Assembly (NCBI GenBank): GCA_035285105.1
Contig: JAYKHU010000286.1
Span: forward strand, 1-37,990
From: Synechocystis sp.
GTDB lineage: Bacteria > Cyanobacteriota > Cyanobacteriia > Cyanobacteriales > Microcystaceae
Direction of reading: 5' to 3'
DNA length: 37,990 bases
A model generated the notes under the pieces. That model was not told the origin of the DNA and did not search any database. It worked only from the letters and a program-made list of their open reading frames with translations. This document shows positions 1 to 8,979 of the stretch, piece by piece (the first letter of the stretch is position 1; each line of letters starts with the position of its first letter). Position numbers and translations under genes: made by a program.

Positions 1-491
1 ATGCGAATCCAGCGCAGTTGTCGCGTCACCCCGGCCCGCCGTGCGCTTTCCACCACTTTGCGCCCCAACAACCGATTAATTAGCGCCGATTTCCCCACAT
101 TGGGAAAGCCCATCACCACCGCTCGAATGGGTCGGGGTTGCATACCCCGTCGTTGTCGTTTTTCATTTACCGCTTTACCAGCCTGTTGCGCAGCACGACT
201 AATGGCCTTGACCCCAGTGCCTTTTTTGGCGTTGGCATAGTACACTGCCTGATTTTGTGATCGAAACCACTCCAGCCATTGATTTTGCAACGTTTCGGTG
301 ATCATATCCACCCGATTTAAAATGACCAACTTGGGTTTATCCCCCACCCACTGCGGCACATCGGGATGTTGGGAGGCGAGGGGGATACGGGCGTCGATCA
401 CCTCCAGCACCACGTCAACTTTTCTGAGTTGTTCTTTTAATTGCCGTTCTGCTTTGGCGATGTGACCGGGATACCATTGAATTAATGCCAT
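1..491 (-). CDS. ylqF: Ribosome biogenesis GTPase RbgA/YlqF (runs off window start)
   Basis: Not in the ORF track. Manual minus-strand translation from ATG 491 gives MALIQWYPGHIAKAERQLKEQLRKVDVVLEVIDARIP...VMGFPNVGKSALIN...RAGVTRQLRWIR, which has the WYPGH, DAR and G1 GxPNVGKS motifs. Confidence 0.95.
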   Translation of the reverse strand, partial: MALIQWYPGHIAKAERQLKEQLRKVDVVLEVIDARIPLASQHPDVPQWVGDKPKLVILNRVDMITETLQNQWLEWFRSQNQAVYYANAKKGTGVKAISRAAQQAGKAVNEKRQRRGMQPRPIRAVVMGFPNVGKSALINRLLGRKVVESARRAGVTRQLRWIR

Positions 492-755
492 AGGGAATTA
501 AAGACTGAGGTGAAATTGAGAAAAGGACGATGAACGGCGTGGGAAGACACTGGGGTGTTGAAGGACGAAACCGCTTCCCCTATCGCTTTATAATAATCCT
601 CGGTTATTATCCGGCGATCAGCATCGTTGTCCCCTCGGTGTCCACCCTGTAGTTGGGCTAGGGAATAAACCTGAGCGGGCCTGTGTCCTTGCCCGGAAAC
701 CCTTTCAGCACGGATAATTAACAGTCTGCAAAGTACAAATCTCGATTGTTTTTCC

Positions 756-1421
756 TTGATTTCCCCCCAATCTGAATCCATTGAAGCGCTGAATGTTTTA
801 TCGGCGGCGTTAGGAACGAACCTATCTACCCTGGCCGGCGTGGAATTAGCCAATCATAATTTGGCGGGATTAGTCCTACCCTACGGGAATTTGAGTCGAT
901 CAACGCTAATCGGTTGTGATTTACGTTATGCCAACCTTCATGGGGCCGATTTGAGTGAGGCCAATTTGATTGCGGCTAGTCTGCGCCAGAGTAACTTACG
1001 CCAGGCAACCCTATCGCGGGGGATCTTTAACCGGTGCAATTTGAGTGAAGCGGATTTAACCGCAGCCGATGCCAACCAAGCCCAATTTTATCAAGCAATT
1101 TTTACCGATGCCGAAGCCCACGGCATCGCATTGTATCAAGCAAACTTAAGCCATGCTCAGTTGATGCGGGGTCATTTCCAGCAAGCCTATGCCCCCGAAG
1201 CGGATTTTAGTCAAACGATGGCGATCGCCGTTGATTTGCGCTGGGCGAATTTAAAAAATGCCAATTTTCAAGGGGCAACGTTAACCGGCGCGAATTTTCG
1301 TGGGGCCAATTTAGCCCAAGCCAACTTCCAGGGGGCAGACTTAACCGGTGCTAATTTACGGGGCGCGAATTTATTGGCAACTCAATTTCAACAAACCAAC
1401 CTAACCGATGTCCGTTGGTAA
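756..1421 (+). CDS. Pentapeptide repeat protein
   Basis: Tandem A(D/N)(L/F)xx repeats (ANLHGADLSEANL...ANFQGADLTGANLRGANL). The TTG start is uncertain; the frame is open back to 675. Confidence 0.85.
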   Translation: MISPQSESIEALNVLSAALGTNLSTLAGVELANHNLAGLVLPYGNLSRSTLIGCDLRYANLHGADLSEANLIAASLRQSNLRQATLSRGIFNRCNLSEADLTAADANQAQFYQAIFTDAEAHGIALYQANLSHAQLMRGHFQQAYAPEADFSQTMAIAVDLRWANLKNANFQGATLTGANFRGANLAQANFQGADLTGANLRGANLLATQFQQTNLTDVRW

Positions 1422-1570
1422 TGGATCCTTGGCACGGCGATCGCCGGAGGCCCCTATACTAAACCCGGACGAAAAAGATTCTGCCATAGACCATTGGTGA
1501 CATTTTTTTTACGCTGTAGAATCGTTAGCAATTCCCGCCATACCCGTTTTGGCATTGCCCCCGATAGTCC

Positions 1571-2605
1571 ATGTTTAAGCACGTTTCTTTCCTATTTCTC
1601 TTGCCGTTAGCCAGTGTGCCCCTCTTCAGCACCCCAGTTTCTGCGGTGCCCGCGCCGATTCGCAATGCCACCACCACCTCGCAGATTTTAGTCAATATCC
1701 TAGCTAACCCGGCTCAATACAATGGCAAAAAAGTAGTCGTGGAAAATGTGAATGCCATTTGTTTTGCCAATATTTGCTCTGTCACAGCGGGGGGGCAATC
1801 CTTGCTGCTGGATAATAGCTCCTTATCAGAGGGGGATAAACGTCAGCTATTGCAATGCAGTCCCATGGGATGTCCTGCCAAAGTAACGGGGACGGTGGCC
1901 GCCATGGGCGGAGACATGGGCATGGGGGTTCCCATGTTGAGTGTGGAAACTTTAGCTCTAGCTTCCGGACAAGCAGAAACCTCAAAAATTGTCCCCTTAG
2001 AGCAATCTCCCAGTACGTCAGCCCCTCAGCCGACAGTCTCCATTCCGGATACGTCCGTGAAACCTCAACCCTCTAATTCGTCCTCTGTTTGTTTACCCAA
2101 TGATCGAACCTTGTCGGTGATGGAAATGGGGGTCTTAGCCCAACAGGAAAGTCGTAACCCCTCTTCCCCTGGCCCTAACCCTGTTTGGCCGGTGCAAGCA
2201 AATCCCTCAGAACAGATTCAAGCCCGCAAGGAATTGGCGGCGATCGGTATGGCCTGGGATGCAAAATTATTTCTGGATGCGTTATTCCATGGTGATGATT
2301 TGGCGATCGACCTTTACCTTAAAGGAGGAATGACGCCCTACACCCCTTACGCTGGTCAGGCGGTGATTTTCTATGTCCTTGCCCAAAATAAACCCAGTGC
2401 AGAAAGGATGGTGAATAAACTATTGCAAAAAGGACTCGACCCCAACGCCACTGTGGACACCGATGCCTGTCCGAGTTGTTTTCCTAAACGCCAAACCCTG
2501 TTGCAGATTGCCCAACGCTATCGTCACCCTAATTTAGTCAATTTGCTGGCCAATGCCGGAGGAAAACGTCAGCAGGATTGTATTGCCCCGACTCAGGAGG
2601 GATAG
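1571..2605 (+). CDS. Exported hypothetical protein with a Cys-containing N-domain, Ser/Pro linker and ankyrin-like C-domain
   Basis: Signal-peptide-like N-terminus ending VSA. The C-terminus (LLQKGLDPNA...TLLQIAQRYRHPNLVNLLANAGG) resembles ankyrin repeats. Confidence 0.6.
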   Translation: MFKHVSFLFLLPLASVPLFSTPVSAVPAPIRNATTTSQILVNILANPAQYNGKKVVVENVNAICFANICSVTAGGQSLLLDNSSLSEGDKRQLLQCSPMGCPAKVTGTVAAMGGDMGMGVPMLSVETLALASGQAETSKIVPLEQSPSTSAPQPTVSIPDTSVKPQPSNSSSVCLPNDRTLSVMEMGVLAQQESRNPSSPGPNPVWPVQANPSEQIQARKELAAIGMAWDAKLFLDALFHGDDLAIDLYLKGGMTPYTPYAGQAVIFYVLAQNKPSAERMVNKLLQKGLDPNATVDTDACPSCFPKRQTLLQIAQRYRHPNLVNLLANAGGKRQQDCIAPTQEG

Positions 2606-2676
2606 GGGATAGACACCAGCTTATTCCCTCCCCAAAATCAGCTAAAATCTTGAGTCAGTTCCCTTTCCCAAAAGCC

Positions 2677-2844
2677 ATGAGTGATTCTGTGCATTGGACG
2701 GCAGAGGCCGAAGCCCGTCTTAAAGAAATTCCCTTTTTTGTGCGTCCTGCGGCCCGTAAGAAAATTGAAAAGTTTGCCGCAGAAGCGGGGGTGACGGAAA
2801 TTACCGAAGCGGTCTATGAGCAGGCTAAGCAAAAGTTCAATTAA
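2677..2844 (+). CDS. Stand-alone PCP_red (protochlorophyllide reductase 57-kDa subunit C-terminal-like) small protein, 55 aa
   Basis: WTAEAEARLKEIPFFVRPAARKKIEKFA..G.TEIT aligns by eye with the ChlB C-terminus in this window ([33 protein letters not shown]). ATG 2677 is preferred over 2578. Confidence 0.85.
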   Translation: MSDSVHWTAEAEARLKEIPFFVRPAARKKIEKFAAEAGVTEITEAVYEQAKQKFN

Positions 2845-2908
2845 GGGTTTTGAACGGCGATCGCCACGGAGTTGAGACCTTACCCATTGTTAGCATTCAC
2901 GAGGAGCA

Positions 2909-3385
2909 ATGATGACTTTATTATTTTCTATCGTTTTAAGCGGTGTGCTGTGGTTAGCCGCCCTTCCCGGTTTCAGTCAAGTCTTTTCCGGCGCTGTCCC
3001 CAATAACCTAGGGGTGACTAATCAGCAATTCGCCCCCTGTCCCGATTCCCCTAATTGCGTTAGTAGCCAGGCCCCGATGGGAGATAAAGAACATTACATC
3101 GCCCCCTTGACCTATGATTCAGAGCGCCAAACGGCAAAAGAAACCATCGTTAAAATTTTGAGCGTCGTACCCAGAACGAGCATTGTGGAACAGACGGATG
3201 ATTACCTTCGTGCCGAGTCCACCAGTCGCTTGATGGGTTTCGTGGATGATCTCGAGTTTTATTTTCCCCCTAACAAAACTGTTATTGAATGGCGATCGGC
3301 TTCTCGGTTAGGGGAATCGGATTTAGGGGTTAATCGTCGTCGTTTGGAACAAATTCGCCTAGCTTTGGCCGATCTCACCGCCTAA
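2909..3385 (+). CDS. DUF1499 family protein
   Basis: PCPDSPNCVSSQ, GFVDDLEF and RSASRLGESDLGVNRRR motifs. GAGGAG RBS upstream. Confidence 0.88.
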   Translation: MMTLLFSIVLSGVLWLAALPGFSQVFSGAVPNNLGVTNQQFAPCPDSPNCVSSQAPMGDKEHYIAPLTYDSERQTAKETIVKILSVVPRTSIVEQTDDYLRAESTSRLMGFVDDLEFYFPPNKTVIEWRSASRLGESDLGVNRRRLEQIRLALADLTA

Positions 3386-3400
3386 ATTGTCCTGAAACCC

Positions 3401-3432
3401 AAAAAAAGGTGTCATCCTACTGGACAACACCT
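3401..3432 (-). terminator. Rho-independent terminator of the type II peroxiredoxin gene
   Basis: Minus strand reads AGGTGTTGTCC-AGTA-GGATGACACCT followed by a T run, about 35 nt after the stop. Confidence 0.8.
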
Positions 3433-3468
3433 AAAGTGAACTAATTGGTCATTCTTGAATTATCAGAC

Positions 3469-4038
3469 CTAGCCGACAAATTCTTTCACAGGCTCGGAAA
3501 CGCCGGGGGACTCAGACCCTTTCAGGTAAGCCAACATGGTGTCAGCATCGGAGCATTCAAAGGGATCGGTGGGGCAGTTGTCGCCGAATTCGGGTTCGAC
3601 AAAGATTTTTTCGATTGCCCCGTCGTTGACCAACATCGAATAGCGCCAGGAACGCATCCCGAAACCAAGGTTGGCTTTGTCTACCAACATCCCCATTTTG
3701 CGGGTAAATTCACCGTTACCATCGGGCAATAATTTGACTTTATCGGCACCGATGCTTTTGCCCCATTGGAACATTACAAAAGCATCATTAACGGATAAAC
3801 AGATGATTTCATCAACCCCTTGGGCTTTGAACTCATCGAAGAGTTGTTCGTAGCGGGGCAAGTGGTTGGAGGAACAGGTGGGGGTGAAAGCACCGGGCAA
3901 GGAGAAGAGGACAACTTTTTTGCCGCCAAAGATTTCTTCTGTGCTTTTGTCTTCCCAGCGGTAGGGGTTAGGACCGGGAACGGATTCGTCGCGGACACGG
4001 GTCTTGAAAATCACACTGGGTACTCTTTCAGGAGTCAT
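3469..4038 (-). CDS. Type II peroxiredoxin (Prx5/AhpC-TSA family)
   Basis: [23 protein letters not shown] and GMRSWRYSM motifs. ATG 4038 gives 189 aa. Confidence 0.95.
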   Translation of the reverse strand: MTPERVPSVIFKTRVRDESVPGPNPYRWEDKSTEEIFGGKKVVLFSLPGAFTPTCSSNHLPRYEQLFDEFKAQGVDEIICLSVNDAFVMFQWGKSIGADKVKLLPDGNGEFTRKMGMLVDKANLGFGMRSWRYSMLVNDGAIEKIFVEPEFGDNCPTDPFECSDADTMLAYLKGSESPGVSEPVKEFVG

Positions 4039-4110
4039 GGTTACCTCTGTCAATCAAGGGTAGACGTTTAAAAAAGTTGGCGGAAAGGCAATTAACCGTT
4101 CACCTTTGTC

Positions 4111-4189
4111 AGAATAATTCTTAGATAGAAATTAGTCAAGCTTAAAAAATACTTATTTTCTTAATATTTCTCTATCTGAGAATACCTCT
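4111..4189. promoter_or_regulatory. Candidate PerR operator pair in the divergent prx/perR promoter
   Basis: AGAATAATTCTTAGATAGA (4111-4129) and TCTATCTGAGAATACCTCT (4171-4189) are inverted copies (15/19). The first contains the palindrome AGAAT-A-ATTCT. Confidence 0.55.
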
Positions 4190-4362
4190 GGAGGAGTGTT
4201 AAGCTAAAAAGGCTTTATTGGCCTGATCAACGTCAAGGATCGAGCCAATGTTATGGGATGCAACCCAAAACCCTTGTCGAGTCAGTCCCTGGGGGGAACT
4301 GTCCTAGAGGTAATCCCTGAGAAACCAGGAAAACTGTTTGAGCGCCGTTAGGAGTGACTACT

Positions 4363-4791
4363 ATGTCCATTACCAAAGAGGATATTATCCATGCCTTGAA
4401 AGACCGGGGATTGCGAGTAACCCCCCAACGCTATGGTGTTTATGCCAACCTACTCCAGCGCCGGGATCATCCCAGCGCCGAGGAACTGTTAGCCGACCTT
4501 AATCAGGACGCCCCCACCTCTTCCCAAGCAACGGTTTACAGTTCCCTTAAGGCTTTACAAAGCGCAGGACTGATCCGAGAAGTACTTTTAGAAGAGGGAG
4601 TCTGTCGCTATGATGCGAATACCGATCCCCACCATCATTTTCGCTGTCGTCGGTGTGGGGCGATCGAAGACATTGCCTGGGATCAGTTTCCCCCGGTGGA
4701 TTTGGCCCAACTGAGACCGGGGCTGCGGGGAGAACGTTATGAGGTAACGGTGCATGGGGTTTGTGAAACCTGCGATGCCCAAAACGGTTAA
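4363..4791 (+). CDS. perR: Fur-family peroxide regulator PerR
   Basis: GLRVTPQR, HPSAEE, SQATVY, HHHFRCRRC and CETC motifs. Divergent from a type II Prx. AGGAG RBS precedes ATG 4363. Confidence 0.85.
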   Translation: MSITKEDIIHALKDRGLRVTPQRYGVYANLLQRRDHPSAEELLADLNQDAPTSSQATVYSSLKALQSAGLIREVLLEEGVCRYDANTDPHHHFRCRRCGAIEDIAWDQFPPVDLAQLRPGLRGERYEVTVHGVCETCDAQNG

Positions 4792-4857
4792 TGTTTTCTA
4801 CCATTTGTTGTATTACTTGATTTTTTTGTAATTCACTCACCCAATATCGAAACGTTT

Positions 4858-5418
4858 ATGATGACTTGGCGCCAAGGAAAAAGACAACTCGTGGCTCTGC
4901 TACTGGCGATCGCCGTTTGCTGGGGATTAACTGGCCTACCGGCCTTAGCCCTGGGTGGCCCGCAGTTGCCGTTGGATGAACCGGCCCCGGTGTTTGAATT
5001 GCCCAGTAACACGGGGGATGGAAACGTGGGGTTAGCCGATTATCGGGGACAGTGGGTGGTTTTATACTTCTATCCCCAGGATTTTACTCCTGGCTGTACA
5101 TTGGAGGCCCAACGGTTCCAGCGGGATTTGCCCCAATACCAAGCCCTGAATGCCCAGGTGATTGGGGTGAGTGTGGATGATGTGAAATCCCATGAGGCGT
5201 TTTGCGATGCGGAAGGTCTCAAGTTTCCCTTATTAGCCGATGAAACGGGGGATGTGAGTAAAACCTACGGATCGTTGTTAAGCGGCATGTCGTTACGCCA
5301 TACCTATCTGATTGATCCCGATGGCATTTTACGGGAACGGTTTTTAGGGGTCAGGCCGGCCACCCATAGCCAAGAGGTGTTAGCCCGATTACGAGAATTG
5401 TCCAATACTGCCGGTTAA
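4858..5418 (+). CDS. prxQ: Peroxiredoxin Q (BCP) with N-terminal signal peptide
   Basis: [18 protein letters not shown] active site and second Cys in EAFCD. Hydrophobic leader ending ALA. Confidence 0.9.
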   Translation: MMTWRQGKRQLVALLLAIAVCWGLTGLPALALGGPQLPLDEPAPVFELPSNTGDGNVGLADYRGQWVVLYFYPQDFTPGCTLEAQRFQRDLPQYQALNAQVIGVSVDDVKSHEAFCDAEGLKFPLLADETGDVSKTYGSLLSGMSLRHTYLIDPDGILRERFLGVRPATHSQEVLARLRELSNTAG

Positions 5419-5717
5419 CGAATGGGGTCATGGACTGTAACCAGTTTTGTTCCGTCGGGAAAAGTGGCTTCCACTTGGACTTCTACGAGCATTTCGGGAA
5501 CCCCTTCCATGACGTCATCCCGCTTTAACAGGGTGGCCCCGTAGTTCATCAAGTCGGCCACGGTGCGGCCATCCCGGGCCCCTTCTAAAATCGCGGCGGA
5601 AATGTAGGCGATCGCCTCTGGGTAATTGAGTTTTAAGCCCCGGTCTTTGCGGCGTTCAGCGACGAGGGCGGCGGTAAAGATTAATAATTTATCTTTTTCT
5701 TGGGGCGACAGGTGCAT
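5415..5717 (-). CDS. ureA: Urease gamma subunit
   Basis: [11 protein letters not shown]...GLKLNYPEA...[17 protein letters not shown], 100 aa from ATG 5717. Confidence 0.97.
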   Translation of the reverse strand: MHLSPQEKDKLLIFTAALVAERRKDRGLKLNYPEAIAYISAAILEGARDGRTVADLMNYGATLLKRDDVMEGVPEMLVEVQVEATFPDGTKLVTVHDPIR

Positions 5718-5811
5718 GGTTGGGGTTAGAAACTGAAAGGTTAGCTGCTGCAATTTTACTAATTTTTGGCAAGGCTCTCCCTTGCTGGGACAATAAAGCG
5801 CAGGTTTTTCT

Positions 5812-8298
5812 TTGATTGTGTCTATGCTGAAACGGCTTTTATCCCAGCGTTATGCAACGTTCCCCATTTTGGGTTGCCTGTGGTTGCTCAGTAATCTCGG
5901 CGATCGCCTTTGGTTGGCCTGGGATCAATCTGTGCCGGCGTGGGATCAGGCGAATCATCTCTCCTATTCTTTACGTTATTTGCAGACGTTACAGAATCCC
6001 GACTGGTTTAACGGGGAGTGGTGGCGTCAATTTTGGATGGTGTCCCCGAAATATCCGCCGGTGACCTATTTAATCAGCCTGCCGTTCCAAGGGGGGTTTG
6101 GCAAAGGGAATGATCAAGCCTTGTTGAGCAATCTAATGACGAGTGGCATTTTAATTGGCTCGGTGTATGCCCTGGGGAAAAGATTATTTAGCCGAGACGT
6201 GGGGGTGTGGGCGGTGGCGATTATGCTACTCACCCCCCGTCTTATTCATACCCGCTTGTTGTTTTTGTTAGATACGCCCCTGTTAGCGTTGGTCACCCTA
6301 AGTTTTACCTGTTTAACCTTTTGGAAGGATGAGGAAAAAACGAACAGACAATGGCTGTGGGCGATCGCCTTTGGGATCAGTTTTGGGTTAGGATTATTAA
6401 CCAAGCAGAGCATTTTATTTTATTTATTTTTCCCCCTGTTGGGCTTAACCGGGTGGTTTTTGTGGCATCGGCAATGGTTACGGATCGGGCAGTTAGGGAT
6501 CGGGTTTTTCGTGTCAATTCCCCTCTGGTTTCCCTGGTATCGCACCAATTGGATTTATTTATTTAGTACCGCCCACAACTCCAATGCGGGGCCCGCCAGT
6601 TTAGAAGGAGACCCGGCAGTGAATACCCTGGCAGCCTGGGTTTATTACTGGAAGGATTTTCCCCTCGCGTTGTCTTGGGTGTGGTTAATTCCGCCGTTGG
6701 TGGGACTGGGGTTAGCAATCTTAAAACGCTTTCCCGCTAAATTACAAACTCCCCCTTGGGCTGAGGTTAAATCCGGCTTTTGGTGGTTAAGTTATTACGT
6801 CAGCGGCACCTATTTCATTTGCTCCGCTTTATATAACAAAGATAGTCGCTATATTTTGCCTTATTTGCCTATTCTGGCGATTTTACTGGCCTATGGCTTA
6901 ACCCGTTGGTGTGGGCGTTGGGAATGGGTACGTTGGGCGACCCTGGCGATCGCCGTTTTGGTAACGCTGGGTAATTTATTTCCGATTCCGGGGAGTGATC
7001 AACTGGTGCAAAAATTTAGCCCCGATGTTTTATTTCGTCCCGAATTGGTGCAACCCGCCCCCAATGAGCAGGTCATTGCTAAAACATTAGAGCAAACCCC
7101 ATTTCAACAGGTCAATTTAGGGGTCATTCCCAATACCAATGCCATCAACCCCAATACGCTCAATTACTTCGGTGCGTTGCAAGAGTTTCGGGCCTACGGT
7201 CGGGAATTGAGTGGGGATGAACAAAAAATCCAACAGGATCAACAAAATTTTGATTGGTTGCTCACTAAAACCGGGGAAAACGGTAACGCCCAACCGGCCC
7301 AACTGACCCTAGCGGCAACCTTGCCCACCGATCCCAACTTCATTGCCCGCCAACAATGGACATTGCTCGATGATAGTCAATTAACGTTATTTCAACGGCG
7401 ATCGCCGAGGGTAGAGGTCACAGCCAGCAATGCCACCAATCCCTTACCCCAATTAACCGAAATTACAGTCCCCCCCGTCGCGCCCCCCGGCCAGCCCATC
7501 CCGATTACGTATCAATGGACTGAGGAAGCAGAAAGTTTAAGCCAAGGAATATTACTATTAACCTGGCAAAACGTAGCCGACCCGACCCAGGTTTGGTTCC
7601 ATGACCATGCCATCGGCTTAGGGGAATTGTTGTTACCGTCCGATAGGGTAGCCCAAGGTATTAAAGTCACAGAACGCACCGCTATGATGCCCAGTTCCGA
7701 CTTACCCGCCGGAGAGTATCGGTTACAAGCTCAATGGCTAGATCCCCAAACCCAAACCGCCCAATCGTTACCCATTCCCCCCGTCACTATCCGTTTAGAT
7801 CCCAACCAACCGCCCCACCCTGCTCCCCCGGTGGATTACGTCAGCCAACTGTTTCACCTTGCCCAAAATCTGCGCCAAGGGCCTAAGGGGTTAGATCCCA
7901 TTTTTGCCCAGGTCGATCGCCTCAATTTATATGATCCCCGCCACCATTACCTCAAACAAGCGGACGCAAGTGTAACCTATCGTCTCAGTCAAAATCCTAT
8001 AAATCCCCTACCCCTGGCCTATGCCCAAGTACTGTCCCGTGTCTTGCAAGAAAATCCCCAAACGGCGATCGCCGCCCTGCAAAATTTAGTCCAACTTGAT
8101 CCCCAAAATGCCTATGCCCATGCCTATTTAGCCTTTGTTTATCTCTACGATTGGCAGGGTTACAACGGGCAACAGGCCTTACAACCCGCCTTAAAACTTG
8201 CCCCCGACAGTGAAGAAATTCAAGCGCTCCAGGCGATCGCCCTGTTGATGCAAGGCAAAGTTATTCCCGCTTGGCAAACGGCCCAGCCCTTACTTTGA
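5812..8298 (+). CDS. GT-C fold (PMT/ArnT-like) membrane glycosyltransferase with TPR-like C-terminus
   Basis: [22 protein letters not shown] and KDSRYILP motifs, many TM segments, and a C-terminal [20 protein letters not shown]-like helix. Confidence 0.75.
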   Translation: MIVSMLKRLLSQRYATFPILGCLWLLSNLGDRLWLAWDQSVPAWDQANHLSYSLRYLQTLQNPDWFNGEWWRQFWMVSPKYPPVTYLISLPFQGGFGKGNDQALLSNLMTSGILIGSVYALGKRLFSRDVGVWAVAIMLLTPRLIHTRLLFLLDTPLLALVTLSFTCLTFWKDEEKTNRQWLWAIAFGISFGLGLLTKQSILFYLFFPLLGLTGWFLWHRQWLRIGQLGIGFFVSIPLWFPWYRTNWIYLFSTAHNSNAGPASLEGDPAVNTLAAWVYYWKDFPLALSWVWLIPPLVGLGLAILKRFPAKLQTPPWAEVKSGFWWLSYYVSGTYFICSALYNKDSRYILPYLPILAILLAYGLTRWCGRWEWVRWATLAIAVLVTLGNLFPIPGSDQLVQKFSPDVLFRPELVQPAPNEQVIAKTLEQTPFQQVNLGVIPNTNAINPNTLNYFGALQEFRAYGRELSGDEQKIQQDQQNFDWLLTKTGENGNAQPAQLTLAATLPTDPNFIARQQWTLLDDSQLTLFQRRSPRVEVTASNATNPLPQLTEITVPPVAPPGQPIPITYQWTEEAESLSQGILLLTWQNVADPTQVWFHDHAIGLGELLLPSDRVAQGIKVTERTAMMPSSDLPAGEYRLQAQWLDPQTQTAQSLPIPPVTIRLDPNQPPHPAPPVDYVSQLFHLAQNLRQGPKGLDPIFAQVDRLNLYDPRHHYLKQADASVTYRLSQNPINPLPLAYAQVLSRVLQENPQTAIAALQNLVQLDPQNAYAHAYLAFVYLYDWQGYNGQQALQPALKLAPDSEEIQALQAIALLMQGKVIPAWQTAQPLL

Positions 8299-8326
8299 GG
8301 CCGAATACCCAAACCTATCAAACGTT

Positions 8327-8824
8327 ATGATTAATAATGATATCTATCAGCCCAATGCTGGGGAAAAAGACAATGATAGAACGTTTGCCGGTTCATTCTG
8401 AATAGTGGTTTTTGAGATTTTATCACCCTCCAATAGCAAATTAGAAATGGAGAAGAAGCTAATTTTTTATGATCGTTATGGGGTAGAAGAATATTATATT
8501 TATGATCCCGATCATGACCAATTGGAGGGATGGTTACGGGGCAATGATAATAGTTTAGAAATTATCCCCAGTCTTTTAAACTGGGTGAGTCCCCGTTTAG
8601 AGATGCGTTTTGAGCCATCGAATGATGGGCTAAGGCTATATCGCCCTGATAGTACACCTTTTCATTCCTATAATGAGGTTAATCATTTATTGATTGAGGA
8701 ACAACAACGAGCAGATTCTGAGCGGCAACGGGCGGAGTCGGAAAAGGAACGGGGCGATCGCCTGGAGAGTTTGTTACAGCAATACCGTGAACAGTTTGGG
8801 GATTTGGGGGCGTCTGATGTTTAG
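8327..8824 (+). pseudogene. 5'-truncated Uma2 (DUF820) family endonuclease remnant
   Basis: Only the second half is present (VVFEILSPSN...KLIFYDRYGVEEYYIYDP...WVSPRL plus coiled-coil tail). An in-frame TGA at 8399-8401 separates it from an unrelated-looking 24-codon leader starting at 8327. Confidence 0.7.
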
Positions 8825-8979
8825 CGTTGAATCTTAACTTATCAATGCACGCCATCGAATACGTTAAACATAAATTAAAACAAAGAGATTTTGGATTGAC
8901 ACACCATACTTTCAAAAAATCTATGGAAGTGAAGGATCTCTTGATAGGATAACGGCAGTAATCCTGTCGATAGTGAAGT

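Noticed and set aside
1-240. 79-aa plus-strand ORF
   Set aside because: Antisense shadow of ylqF.
520-720. Possible riboswitch or ncRNA (GGGAAG, CACTG elements)
   Set aside because: The elements are not in cobalamin-riboswitch order and I could not build a convincing fold. An Rfam scan would be needed.
482-853. 123-aa minus-strand ORF
   Set aside because: No recognisable motifs; it overlaps both ylqF and the pentapeptide gene.
8327-8404. TGA readthrough or selenocysteine restoring Uma2
   Set aside because: The 24-codon leader is far too short and not Uma2-like, so readthrough would not restore the missing half.
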